Assembly (NCBI GenBank): GCA_048128005.1
Contig: JBEUKZ010000080.1
Span: 124,001-188,000, forward strand
Direction: 5' to 3'
Origin: Veleropilina oligotropha
Taxonomy: Eukaryota
DNA: 64,000 nucleotides
Shown here: piece after piece, positions 51,089 through 63,500 of the stretch
How the letters are laid out: every line of letters begins with the position of its first letter
How positions within the stretch are numbered: the first letter of the stretch is position 1
Position numbers and translations under genes: made by a program
Notes under the pieces: model-generated
Told to the model about the DNA's origin: nothing
What the model saw: the letters and a program-made list of their open reading frames with translations, nothing else
The model's database searches: none

Positions 51089-54022
51089 TTACTGATTAGA
51101 AGACCTCGGTCTAACAATAACCCGTTGTGCAGCAACACAGTGTAAACTGCTTAGGCCATCAGCCCCGGTTGAGTAGTCGCGCAGATAATGTTTTACAAAC
51201 ACGTTAGCGTTTTTCCAATATCCGGCCTGTAGTAACGCATTGATATTTAAATTATGTCGGAAGGCTACAGACGCTGCAATGGCCCGGACCTCATGTGCGC
51301 GGACCGATAAAATAGTTCGGTCGTCGTCATCACAACGGATGTAAACATCTCTCACAGTTTGTGAAATCCACCGCGAAACAGTAGTCCTCGTAATGTCGCG
51401 GGTGTAGGTGGGCAAATACGAAATGAATAAACGTAATTTTCCCTGTCGCAACTCACGGGTTCTGTCTAGGTAGAATCGAAGCGCCCGGACCGGGCAATTG
51501 AAGCGGTCTGCGTCGCGCCTTCCGACTAGCGTTAGCTTGGGAATAACAACATCGGGTGCGTCCTCGTTCGGCCGCTGGTTCTTGGCTAAGAAGCCCAGAA
51601 TGGGACGCAGTATCACCGACCCGTCTGACTGGAATCGTATGTCTCTTAGCTCGGAGGAGAAAGCATGAATCTCGGAACAACGCCTGCCCGACGCTAAGGC
51701 GATCAGAAAAACTGTTTTGTGCGTCAAGTTCCTCATGGTTATCTCGGACATCGGCTCATACGGTGGTAAGAGTAATGCGTTAAGAATAAGTACGATATTC
51801 CAGGCAGGTGGCTTAATTCTTCGGGTCGGTATCTCGAGTTCATAAGATCGTATAAAATCTGATATCGTTCGGTCGCTTGATAGGCCAGCATGGGCACGAC
51901 ACTGCTTTAGCGTGGTCGCGATCGTTGCCCGATAGCCTTTGACGGCGGACACTGACATACCGCGGTCGAAGAGCGACGATAAAAACTCGATAAACTTGTT
52001 CACAGGGGGACGGAGTATATTGATCTGCCTGCTGTGACACCAATCCACGTACTTAACCCATCGGTAGTCATAGACTTTTGTAGTGGAAATCCTTCTCGAT
52101 CGATAGATACGTAAGGCTGTAGCTTTAGAAAATCCTTTCTTAGCAAGGGATCGTTCGATAACCGCCAGGCGTGTAAACGTAAGTGGTTCGGCGACTCGTG
52201 GAGTACACGGGTGCGTGGTTGCATTAACAGGTCTAGTTTCTGCGGTAACGCTAACGGTCGATCGACGATCAGATCGAGGAGGGTCGGAAACCAAGGTTGC
52301 GTGCGATAAAGGGGCGCTATTAGCGTTATCTCGCAACGTTCGGTCGCTGCCTTCTGTAATACCAGTGATAGAATGCACGTCGGGGGGAAGGCATACGCGG
52401 ACAGATTCTCCCATGTCATTGACATTGCGTCGACCGCCAGGGCGGCCGGGTCTGGGTACGGGGAGACATACAGAGGTAGTCGGTAATTGAATTCTGTTGC
52501 AAACAAGTCGACTTGGGGTTGCGACCACCGGCGGCAAACATCCCGAGCTACTCGGCTGTGTAGCGTCCATTCTGTGTGTATAATCTGTGATCTCCGAGAG
52601 AGCGAATCCGCTCTGACATTCAGCTTTCCCGGGATGTGTCGGGCTCGAATCGTCGAGTTGAGGGACATCACTAAGCGGTGTAGGTCTATTGCTCGGTCGC
52701 ATAGGGGACGCGAGCGTGTACCGCCCTGGTGCTGTATGTAAGCGACGACAGTCGTGTTGTCCGTGGCGAGCATTATATGCTTGTTGCGGAGATGTGACGA
52801 GAGGGACCGTACTGACAGGAAGACGGCTTCTAACTCTAGGAAGTTGATATGTCGTCCCTGAAGGTCTGTCGGCCATAGGCCTGATGTCTCGTAACTGTCG
52901 AGGTGACCACCCCAGCCGTCGTTCGAAGCGTCTGTGAACAGGTAAGCGTTCGGCTCTGGTGGGGATATAGGAACCGACTGGTCCGGCAAAGCGGGGTTCA
53001 ACCACACTGCTGTCGTGTCGGTAAACCAATGCCGTAGATCGATGCGATCCTTCCACTGCCCCGTCCGTTGTATCCAGCGATCCCTGAAAGCCTGTTGTAA
53101 CGGTCTTTTGTCCATGCGACCCGTCGGTAGCAGGGGCGCTACCGACTCGATGTGCCCCAGGACAGTGGCCAGTTGTCGCGCCGTAGTTATGTCCGATGAC
53201 AGGGTGTCTTGGATAACCGCGCGTAGGTTCCGCATACGCTTCTGGGTCGGCTTCGCGGTGTACCGGACCGTATCGAAGTCGACTCCGAGGAACGTAAACG
53301 TCGTCGAGGGCACGAAGCAGGATTTTGTCTCGTTGATCTGAAATCCCAGGCGCTTCGTCGATGACAGGGTAAAGCTCGTAGACCGGAGGCACAGATCTCG
53401 GGACGCCCCGAGGATCAGCCAGTCGTCGAGGTACATATGTACCCTGTGCCCTAGAGAGTGTAGGAAGGCCCCCAGGGCCTGTACTGTTCTCGTGAAGACG
53501 TACGGGGCTGACGATAGACCGAACGGTAGGCACCTGAATTGGTAGATCGTCTCCCCGTGTATAAACCGAAGGTACTGATGAGCCGTGATATGCATCGGGA
53601 CATGCAGATACGCGTCGGCGAGATCGATAGACGCTGCCCAGTCGCCCGGACGGATGGCCGCTCGAATCTTCGAGAGGGTTTCTTGCTGGAATTTCTCGGT
53701 ACGAAGATATAGGTTTAAGTACGAGAGATCGAGGATCGGTCTCCAGCGGCCATCGGGTTTCGGGACCAGGAAGAAATGGCTGTAAAATCCTGGTGTGCTG
53801 GGCGGCGCGGGATATATCGCTCTTTTTAGGAGCAAATCCCGCACTGCCTGGTCTAAGACCGCTTGTTTCTCTCCGTTTAGGAGTCGAGCGTGTCTTGTTG
53901 GTGGTGCCTCGGTTAAGGTCGGATGCCGGTTGAATGCCAACTTGTATCCGGCACTCACGACTAAGTGGACCCAGTTGCTGTCTGTCAGCTCTAGCCAGGG
54001 CTGGCTGTGTGCTAACAGGCAC
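51089..54022 (-). CDS. DIRS copy C tyrosine recombinase ORF (long N-terminal overlap with the RT frame)
   Basis: R-H-R-W-Y catalytic set: SGRRCSE, AHEVRA, GYWK and KHY. Confidence 0.88.
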   Translation of the reverse strand: MPVSTQPALARADRQQLGPLSRECRIQVGIQPASDLNRGTTNKTRSTPKRRETSGLRPGSAGFAPKKSDISRAAQHTRILQPFLPGPETRWPLETDPRSLVLKPISSYREIPARNPLEDSSGHPSGRLGSVYRSRRRVSACPDAYHGSSVPSVYTRGDDLPIQVPTVRSIVSPVRLHENSTGPGGLPTLSRAQGTYVPRRLADPRGVPRSVPPVYELYPVIDEAPGISDQRDKILLRALDDVYVPRSRLRYGPVHREADPEAYAEPTRGYPRHPVIGHNYGATTGHCPGAHRVGSAPATDGSHGQKTVTTGFQGSLDTTDGAVEGSHRSTALVYRHDSSVVEPRFAGPVGSYIPTRAERLPVHRRFERRLGWSPRQLRDIRPMADRPSGTTYQLPRVRSRLPVSTVPLVTSPQQAYNARHGQHDCRRLHTAPGRYTLASPMRPSNRPTPLSDVPQLDDSSPTHPGKAECQSGFALSEITDYTHRMDATQPSSSGCLPPVVATPSRLVCNRIQLPTTSVCLPVPRPGRPGGRRNVNDMGESVRVCLPPDVHSITGITEGSDRTLRDNANSAPLSHATLVSDPPRSDRRSTVSVTAETRPVNATTHPCTPRVAEPLTFTRLAVIERSLAKKGFSKATALRIYRSRRISTTKVYDYRWVKYVDWCHSRQINILRPPVNKFIEFLSSLFDRGMSVSAVKGYRATIATTLKQCRAHAGLSSDRTISDFIRSYELEIPTRRIKPPAWNIVLILNALLLPPYEPMSEITMRNLTHKTVFLIALASGRRCSEIHAFSSELRDIRFQSDGSVILRPILGFLAKNQRPNEDAPDVVIPKLTLVGRRDADRFNCPVRALRFYLDRTRELRQGKLRLFISYLPTYTRDITRTTVSRWISQTVRDVYIRCDDDDRTILSVRAHEVRAIAASVAFRHNLNINALLQAGYWKNANVFVKHYLRDYSTGADGLSSLHCVAAQRVIVRPRSSNQ

Positions 54023-54030
54023 GCTCCCAC
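52000..54030 (-). CDS. DIRS copy C RT-RNaseH-N6-adenine MTase ORF (intact)
   Basis: IDLADAYLH, LPFGLSSAP, YLDD, LFTDAS, HINFLELEA, DNTT, DLFA and YAFPP. Confidence 0.9.
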   Translation of the reverse strand: MGACLLAHSQPWLELTDSNWVHLVVSAGYKLAFNRHPTLTEAPPTRHARLLNGEKQAVLDQAVRDLLLKRAIYPAPPSTPGFYSHFFLVPKPDGRWRPILDLSYLNLYLRTEKFQQETLSKIRAAIRPGDWAASIDLADAYLHVPMHITAHQYLRFIHGETIYQFRCLPFGLSSAPYVFTRTVQALGAFLHSLGHRVHMYLDDWLILGASRDLCLRSTSFTLSSTKRLGFQINETKSCFVPSTTFTFLGVDFDTVRYTAKPTQKRMRNLRAVIQDTLSSDITTARQLATVLGHIESVAPLLPTGRMDKRPLQQAFRDRWIQRTGQWKDRIDLRHWFTDTTAVWLNPALPDQSVPISPPEPNAYLFTDASNDGWGGHLDSYETSGLWPTDLQGRHINFLELEAVFLSVRSLSSHLRNKHIMLATDNTTVVAYIQHQGGTRSRPLCDRAIDLHRLVMSLNSTIRARHIPGKLNVRADSLSRRSQIIHTEWTLHSRVARDVCRRWSQPQVDLFATEFNYRLPLYVSPYPDPAALAVDAMSMTWENLSAYAFPPTCILSLVLQKAATERCEITLIAPLYRTQPWFPTLLDLIVDRPLALPQKLDLLMQPRTRVLHESPNHLRLHAWRLSNDPLLRKDFLKLQPYVSIDREGFPLQKSMTTDGLSTWIGVTAGRSIYSVPL

Positions 54031-56727
54031 CGGCGGGAGCGGGCAGCTGGGGCCGTCGCGAATGCCGGCAGCCCTAGGGCCGAGGCTTCCCTATCCCGCT
54101 CTGCTTGCGGGATTTCGCTGGAGGTGCTCGCCTCTTTGGAGTGGGTTTATTGGCCGGAGGCCTACCACCCGAAGAGGGCTTCGCACGCTTAGAAGGCTTC
54201 GGGGCCGGGGTGGGCCCGGAGCGCTTCTTCGAGTTGGCAGGTGGACCCCGGGTGGGGAGCAGTACTGCCTTCTCGATGGCACGGTCCTTAATGTCCGCCG
54301 CTCTCTTGTCAACAAACTCCGTGAAGTTGTCACCAAAGAGAGTGGTGGCCGAGCAAGGTACGCATCGCAACGAGCGCCGGGTGGGCTCGTCCAGCGAGGT
54401 ACCTTCCAGGCAAGCATCCCTACGTAGTAGGAGGGCATTGCCCAGGACACGTCCCGTCTCCAACGCGCTGGTCTCCTGCGCGGCAGCAACCTCCTGGAGG
54501 AAGGACAGGGCAGCCTCGGTGGCGCCGGGTCCATTCTCCTGTAATACGGCTATCGCCCCGTCTAGGAAAAAATCCTGAACGGACGATAGCCGCAGAGCCC
54601 GTCGGGCGGAGCTCTCGAAAGCTTCCAAGGCGGACCAAGGAACTTTCGCTACGGAGGGAGTGTGACTGGCGGTCAGTCGACGCAACGAAGCGTCAACACG
54701 AGCCGGCTCAGTCGCCAGGCACGGGCCAGTGCATTCGAACGGGGTCGCTCGAGTACTGGCCCGGAGGTACCTCCCACTACGGAACCCCGAAGGGAACTCG
54801 TTCAGCGGGGAGGACTCCACCGGATTGCGCCCCTGAACGAGCTTGGTGATCGAGTCTACAACAAGATCCACCAGCCCGGACTGAGGTAAGGAGGGGAGCT
54901 CGGGGGCTTCCCTCGCAACAAACCGATGTGCTGCCGTCCTATGCTTGGCTACGTCTACAGCCGACCGAGTCGGTTCCGACAAGCCAAGCACCCCGCGAAG
55001 TGACGCAACAGCGTCGAGCCTTCGGCGGGTGGAGGAGGTCGGCTCCTGCATGCCTGTAAGACTAATGTCTTCGGACCCGACCGATTCAGGGAGGTCGGAG
55101 TGATTTGAACAGAGATCCTCGTTGGAACGAGGGTCGATGTCTATCACTGAGGCAGGAGCCGTGCTCTGCGCCATGGGCAGAAGTGTAGGTACCAGGTGCG
55201 GCTCGGGAGCCGTCGGCCAGGCCTTACACCGTTCCTCGATCCCCGCCGCGATCCATGCCTGGACGTTCTCAAAAGAGAAACCCGGAGGCAGGACGGGCGA
55301 CGAACTAACAGCCGGTAGTTCTGTCGAGGTAACCGTGGCGCTAGGTAGACGGGCTGCATTGACAGGTCGAACCGAGGACCAGGGTCCACGGGCACTTGTC
55401 GAGGGGTCGAACCCGAAGGACTGGCCCGGAGGCGCAGTCAGTGGGCCGGACGACCGATAGGACTGCGGCAACAGTTCTGATCGGTCTACCACTCTGTTCG
55501 AGCGAGGCACGGACGGAAAACCGCCGTAGAACCCCGTCCCGAACGCAGCCGGTCTGTCCACGTTCTCTAGCGTGACCACGGTGGGTGCACGGGAGAGACC
55601 GGGCCCTCTGAATGTCTCGTGAGCTTCGAGGTTGAGCGGAAAACCCCTAGGGGAAGTCGCATCGTTCTCGACCGAGGATTCAGGTTTCGCCGATTGTCAG
55701 AGTCTTAGACCTACAAGTAGGTGCCCGGCCTCTTTAAAGGCTTTCTCTGCATTGGGTCTGTCACCGTAGGAAGACGGTGAGTTTCCCGCAGAAGGACTAA
55801 CTGTCCCCTTATTCTTCGAGGCCGAAGAAAAGGATGGGGATAGTCTGCCCTGTTCAGCTGTTCGCTGCGCTGTCATGTATACCTTGCTAGCCGGCAAGGT
55901 ATGGCTGACTGCAGTTACTAGGCCCAGTTGTGGAGGAACGGTCGACACTCGGGTCTTTACCTGAATCTGGGGTACCGGCAAGGTTTCGGTGACTCTCCCA
56001 AGAGTCGCGGAGGTTTCGCCGGTGGATCCGGCGACAGACGTCTGTCGGCTGTCGTCCAGCGTCCCTGAAGCAGACAAAGAAGAAACGTTAGGTAACTTAC
56101 CGGTCTCTTCATGACCCTTCTCCACGGGAGGACCCACCGTGGCAGTCGCCCTGGTCGACTTACCGTGGTGAGACAGGGTTGCCCACTGCTTATCTGATAG
56201 AAGAAAGCACAGATCACATTGATGATGTATACTACAGCTACGATGAGTACAACATTCCTTGTGCCTATCAAATGCGTGAATTTTCTGGTTACACCCGGAG
56301 CTACTGCACCGGACCATAGCTAAATACACGGGAGGGTGGACGTGGGTAGACGGGGTAGATAAATAGGTATATATATGGTAGTTGAGACTTCTTTCCTTGG
56401 AGGGAGTACTACGACAACTCACAGAATTGTCCTGATCTGAAGATTAGAGATCAAGCGATATACCGTTATTAAAAACCCCGAACTGGGAACACCGAGGTCG
56501 GGTATTTTACCCGACCGACCCGGTAACCCGGCAAATTGACTAAAACAAAGGGAGGTTATTTCCTCGAAAAAACCGCCCAGAAAAACACCTGAAAACCTCG
56601 TGGATGTTTTATGTTAGTACAATGGCGTATTATCCCAGCCACGGCAGGATATCAGAAAATTAACGCAAGCTTAATATCAAAAGATCCTGCCTTTTAACAA
56701 CGCTAGAAAATTTTATATAATAACTAC

Positions 56728-59700
56728 TGTGAAACTCACCAACAACATTGGTGAGACAGGTAAGAGACAACATTCATTGATAAAATCTAATTGTGGTTTC
56801 ACCAACTTGGAAAAGAAGTCTGGATAAAGTACACCTACGAATATGACTCCAAGACTTCCATTGAGGAGATCAAATGTATTGAATTTAACAAACGGTTATT
56901 GAAATGATCTTTGTTATAACTAGCAGACAGACACATGACGTTTGTAAACATGGTGGTGTTATTCAAGATGAGGTGTACATAGAATACGGATCACGACATT
57001 ACATCCCTCCAACCTTTTAGATTTAAAATGACATGTTATGATTTCTTATTTCAAACTGGAGGAATTATATTTTAATTATATGTCCATATGATAATGACAA
57101 TTACCAATGTGGTTTATCAAATTAAAGTTCCATTTAGTCAAAATATAACATTTAAAGTTCGTATTCACAAAGTCTCGCCAGTATACGTTAGTCGCGCTGG
57201 GGGTACCGTGGTGGAGTAGCAGGAGCGGGCTGAGGGCGAATAGAGTTGTCGTCTAATAGATCGTAATCAGAGTCAGACGAATCGCGATGATCACTTTCGT
57301 TATTGAAACACTTCAGGAGCTTAAAGAATGAAGAATTTTGAGTAACTGAGTGTTCGTTCCTGGTTGCAGTTGTCATTGTCCCTTTAACTTTGAGACTGTG
57401 TACGGCTTGGAGTTGTACAGTGGGGATAACTTTCCAGTGCTCTTTTGGCAGATTAGCACTTTGTCGCCAATACAGATGTTGTTTTCTTTCGCGTTAGATT
57501 TTTGATCGGCATGTTTCTTCATGTTGAGTTTGGATTGGTTGTCTTTTGACTTTAGAATGACGTTGTTACAAGGTTTCGTAATTTCTGGAAGGGTAGTTCG
57601 GAATGGTCGATTGAACAGAAGTTCTGCTGGAGACTGTCGGTAGACGTATGTGGTGTGGCACGATAGTTCCTCAAGAATGTATACAATTCTTGTTTCCATT
57701 TTGTCGAATATCGGTATCGTCGCTTTCGCTGAGGTTGACGATAATCGCTCCACTTCAGGATATCGTGAGTATTCATCGTAGACGATGAGTAGGTAGTCAT
57801 TTGAAGGAAGTTGGTCCAATGAAGTCTGCGCATACAGAATCCCATGGGGCGTCTGGGAGTGTTGTCATGTGCAAAGGTTATCGACGACTGGAGTTTTCCG
57901 GGGTAACTGCTTGGCAAGGTAGGCAGTTGTGAACTAAGGATTCTATGAGTTTGTCTATTCCAGGAAACAAAACTTTCAGTCTTAAGAGTTTCTTTGTCTT
58001 AACGATGCCTTGATGACCGGAATGCGCGAGATTGCATATCCGTTCTTGTAGAGAGGCAGGTATAACAATTCGATCTCCTTGAAGTACAATTGAGTCATCA
58101 GTACTTATGGTCAATTCGTGATGAATGGCAGCAAAAGACTGTTGGTCTTTACCATTCGATTTGCTAGCTTGCTTTCGTTTGTAGACGGAATTCCACTTGT
58201 TTGATTTCGTAAGTTTGATAAGTGCTTCTCATTCCGTTTGGCTATAAAGTTGTTCGACAGGTGTCAATGAATGACTGGCATATGAAATTACCTTTGTGTT
58301 CGATCCATCTTTCTGGGTAAGTATCGCACCGATTCCGACAGGGCTGGCTTCAACAACTGGCTTGCTGACGTCATAGTATGCCATGATACTATGTTCAGAC
58401 TGTGTTGATTTAATGTTAGCGAAGGATTGTTCTTCAGAATGTGTCCATGTGAAATCAACGTTTTGCTTGCTCAGGTCACGAAGTGGTTTTGACATTGTTG
58501 CCAGACCAGGGATAAAACGAGCATAGTACTGCACCACGCCGAGAAAGCTCTTGACTTCAATGGCATTTGTAGGTGGGGTAGTGTTCCTGATTGCGTCGAC
58601 CTTCTTGGGGTCAGGGGACACGCCGTCTTTGGAAAATATTAGTCCGTAGAACTGTTTTCACGAAGAAGCTCTAACGTAGCTTCCAATCGAATGTCGTGCT
58701 CCTCCTGTGTACGACCGTGGATTAAGATATCTTCACTGAGGTTGATTCCTTGGAGAGCCATTCTGATGTGATTTTGAAACAGTTCGGATGCCGAGCACAC
58801 TCCAAAATACCGGAAGAGGCCAATGTGAGTAGAAAATGTGGTCATGTATCTCGATTCTGTGGTTAGTTCGATTTGGTGATAGCCAGCGTTAAGGTCGAGT
58901 TTGGAAAACACTGTAGATTCATTGACATGTGCGATGATGTCATCAATTGTGGGAATAATGTGTCATTCTCTTTGAATTGCCTGATTGGGCGCACGCATAT
59001 CGACACAGATGCAAATCTGAGATGGATTTTTGGGCTTGCTTACGACTAGGATAGGGCATACCCATAGTGTAGGGTCATCACCAACACGCTCAATAATGTC
59101 GAGGTCGAAGCTCTTGAGCAGTGCGTTTACGAAGATTAAACGGTGTGCGTCGATGCGATTGGGCAATGGGGATTACTATTTTGTTAACATGTAAATTAGC
59201 TTGTAGACCTTTTAGTTTTCAAATGCCTTCGAATAGATCACTGAACTTAGAAACAATTTCAGAAACTTTTGAAGCATCTGAGGGGGTTATGTGTTGTAAG
59301 ATTTTCACGAGATCTAGATCAACGCATGTTCGATAGCTCAATAATATATCGCACACTCCTTTCGTCACAAAGAATTCAGTCATCAAGCTTTTCGAGCCAA
59401 CTTTAATAGTTGCTGTGAATTTACCTTGTAATGCAAGGGGTTGATTTGAATTGTACCTGAAAACAGATGGTAGATTTACTTTGTCCAAAGTAGGTGTGTA
59501 GTTCAGTTCTGAAGTGTTGTGTCACTGATTGTGTTGACGGTAGCACCAGTATCTAAGACAACAAGAAGTGAGTGTCCATCAAGAGTAATGTTCGTAGTGG
59601 GATGTTTATCACTTTCTTTCCACGTTTTGTTTGTTGACATAGATTTCGAACCGAAAATGTATTCGTCATCAGAGCTAAGATCCTGATCTGTGTTTGGGTG

Positions 59701-60546
59701 ACTAGCAACTTGTTTGACAGCTTCATGATATTGGGGTTGTTTACTTTTCTTGAAAGAGATGCAAAATGATTTTGCTTGTGACAATAATTGCACTCGTTGC
59801 AGGGCATGATTTACCAGGTGGGTGTGGAAATGAATAGCCACAGTTATAGCACTTTGATGTCGATTTGGGGGGTTGGCCAGATGGTTTCGTTAATGTGTTT
59901 TTTTTACCCGATGACATATTTTGGTTGGTTTTCTTGTGCACAGATTTGTTGTAGTGTTTGGGGCCTGAATGTACGGCATTAACAGTTTCTGCTATAGATT
60001 CGCAAGAAGTTTCGATTGTTATGGCTTGTTTATCCGACTGTTCTATAGCTCTAGCGAGATTTAGAATGTCTGTTCAAGCCATATTTGAGTCACAAAGTAG
60101 TCGGCGTCGTCATCAAGTAGAATGGCAACCTTGTATTATCTGATTTATAATTTCTAGAGACACGTCGGAAAATTCACATGTTTCTGATAATTTTTGTAGT
60201 CGTGTTGTGTACGCATCAAGGTTTTCATCCGATGTCTGATGTGTTTGTCTGAAAACGTACATTTCGTAAGCAATGTTTTTCTTAGGTTTAAAATATTTGT
60301 TTAGTTTTTCAACTGCGCCATCGAGATCGGTTCCCGTGTCTGGTAGTGGGTCAAAAATGTCACTGACCTGCTCGCCAGCATAGTGGAGAAGCAGTGCACG
60401 CTGACATTTTTTGTCTTGTATATCCATAGCCGCGATAAGAATATTCAATCGTTTTAAGTATTTTGTCCATCTTCGGGACACAGACGCGGAGTCACTATGG
60501 ATGTTAGAGTTAAGTAGGTCACATGCAGTGTTGTTTATGGGAAAAA
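56728..60546 (-). mobile_element. Second decayed Gypsy element (Mag-like, tentative); 5' LTR absent
   Basis: gag RWTKY..RALLLHYAG with two Cys/His knuckles, protease LDTGA, RT FSKLDLNAGYHQI, integrase HSGH..CLPC. PPT AAAAGGTTGGAGGGA precedes TGTAAT at 57003. Many stops and deletions; distal boundary approximate. Confidence 0.85.
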
Positions 60547-63500
60547 TGAGGTTTTAATGTAAACCTAATATTAGTATAAAACATACTTACGTCCTTACTC
60601 TTGCCATAATAGTTATATTATCGCCAAACCGGAAATAGTGAATATGTCCCATAATGCACTCTTAATAAGTCAAAAACGTACACGGTTACCTCCCCTGCTC
60701 CTACCCCATCACGTTCCTAGCGAGACTTCGCCAAGTCTCGCGAGACTTCTGAACAATAGAAGTCACAAGACCTCAATTCAAAGTTCAAAAACCCCAAAGG
60801 AACGTAGTAGAGGGGAGGAATGCGAAACGCAGGGTGGGTAATCGTGTAAGGACGTAAGTATGTTTTATACTAATATTAGGTTTACATTAAAACCTCATAT
60901 ATAGTTACAAACATACTTACGTCCTTACTCTTGCCAGAATAACCTTGGATAGGTGGGTAAGACGTTCCTTACAACAAACCCAAACAAGATAATGACTTAC
61001 TTGTCACCAATTCAATCAGCATGAAGCGTCGATTGTGTCCGCCTAGAGTGGAATTTTTACTGAGTATTATATTCTACTCTTACCAAGCGAGAATTTCGAC
61101 CAGTGTTACCGGGAGAATACGCCGTGGTATTAGTCGGACGAGGTGAACGGAAGTGCAATCAGCCCCAGGCACGGCCGGAAGGATAAATCCCTGTAGGTCT
61201 TACGTGTCATGGACCAGTGGCAGCCAAATGGGACTCCGGGCCTATAGGCCGGTAACCAGAGGATGCAGTCGGATTTGTAAGCACACGGAACCTAACAGGT
61301 TGTGAAAGCTTTAAATCAAAAGCAAAGAATTAATAGATTATTATAAATAATCGATATTAATAAGTAATTCGCATGACCAACTTGCGAACGCTAACATGGA
61401 CGACATGTCACTTAAAAATAATTTTTAAGGAAGCAAAAATGTTCGACATGTTACTTAAAAATAAATGTTAAGGAATCAACATTTTTTAAAATGTATTGAA
61501 CATCGTATGTTCGATTACAGCAAAGAACATAATAATATTGAACCTTAATCTTTTTAAGATTTGTGCAAAATTATAAAAGTTGTTTTATTAAATTCAATGT
61601 AATCTGGCTGTCAGCTGCTCAGGTCTGACATGAAAAGTACAAAATCTTAAATTAGATTTAAGAAATGAACAGACATTGAACTGCCTCGTAGGTGTTAATT
61701 TTCGTAGCACCGTTGGCCAACAAAAATAAAATGGCGTCAGTAAATATGCAAATGATCAATCAGAGAACAATACTTACTGATTAGAAGACCTCGGTCTAAC
61801 AATAACCCTTTGTGCAGCAACACAGTGTAAACTGCTCAGGCCATCAGCCCCTGTTGAGTAGTCGCGCAGATAATGTTTTACAAACACGTTAGCGTTTTTC
61901 CAATATCCGGCCTGTAGTAACGCATTGATATTTAAATTATGTCGGAAGGCTACAGACGCTGCAATAGCCCGGACCTCATGTGCGCGGACCGATAAAATAG
62001 TTCGGTCTTCGTTGTCACAGCGGATGTATACATCTCTCACTGTCTGTGAAATCCACCGCGAAACTAGTCCTCGTAATGTCGCGGGTGTAGGTGGGCAAAT
62101 ACGATATGAATAAACGTAATTTTCCCTGTCGCAACTCACGGGTTCTGTCTAGGTAGAACCGAAGCGCCCGGACCGGGCAATTGAAGCGGTCTGCGTCGCG
62201 CCTTCCGACTAGCGTTAGCTTGGGAATAACAACATCGGGTGCGTCCTCGTTCGGCCGCTGGTTCTTGGCTAAGAAGCCCAGAATGGGACGCAGTATCACC
62301 GACCCGTCTGACTGGAATCGTATGTCTCTTAGCTCGGAGGAGAAAGCATGAATCTCGGAACAACGCCTGCCCGACGCTAAGGCGATCAGAAAAACTGTTT
62401 TGTGCGTCAAGTTCCTCATGGTTATCTCGGACATCGGCTCATACGGGGGTAAGAGTAATGCGTTAAGAATAAGTACGATATTCCAGGCAGGTGGCTTAAT
62501 TCTTCGGGTCGGTATCTCGAGTTCGTAAGATCGGATAAAATCTGATATCGTTCGGTCGCTTGATAGGCCAGCATGGGCACGACACTGCTTTAGCGTGGTC
62601 GCGATCGTTGCCCGATAGCCTTTGACGGCGGACACTGACATACCGCGGTCGAAGAGCGACGATAAAAACTCGATAAACTTGTTCACAGGGGGACGGAGTA
62701 TATTGATCTGCCTGCTGTGACACCAATCCACGTACTTAACCCATCGGTAGTCATAGACTTTTGTAGTGGAAATCCTTCTCGATCGATAGATACGTAAGGC
62801 TGTAGCTTTAGAAAATCCTTTCTTAGCAAGGGATCGTTCGATAACCGCCAGGCGTGTAAACGTAAGTGGTTCGGCGACTCGTGGAGTACACGGGTGCGTG
62901 ATTGCATTAACAGGTCTAGTTTCTGCGGTAACGCTAACGGTCGATCGACGATCAGATCGAGGAGGGTCGGAAACCAAGGTTGCGTGCGATACAGGGGCGC
63001 TATTAGCGTTATCTCGCAACGTTCGGTCGCTGCCTTCTGTAATACCAGTGATAGAATGCACGTCGGGGGGAAGGCATACGCGGACAGATTCTCCCATGTC
63101 ATTGACATTGCGTCGACCGCTAGGGCGGCCGGGTCTGGGTACGGGGAGACATACAGAGGTAGTCGGTAATTGAATTCTGTTGCAAACAAGTCGACTTGGG
63201 GTTGTGACCACCGGCGACAAACGTCCCGAGCTACTCGGCTGTGTAGCGTCCACTCTGTGTGTATAATCTGTGATCTCCGAGAGAGCGAATCCGCTCTGAC
63301 ATTCAGCTTTCCCGGGATGTGTCGGGCTCGAATCGTCGAGTTGAGGGACATCACTAAGCGGTGTAGGTCTATTGCTCGGTCGCATAGGGGACGCGAGCGA
63401 GTGCCGCCCTGGTGCTGTATGTAAGCGACGACAGTCGTGTTGTCCGTGGCGAGCATTATATGCTTGTTGCGGAGATGTGACGAGAGGGACCGTACTGACA

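Larger units (their letters stand above)
49868..56727 (-). mobile_element. DIRS1-like retrotransposon copy C (left ITR not in window)
   Basis: Right terminus at 49868, ICR ~50165-50255. gag 54074-56317 has an in-frame TGA at 55697. RT and YR ORFs are intact. Confidence 0.93.
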
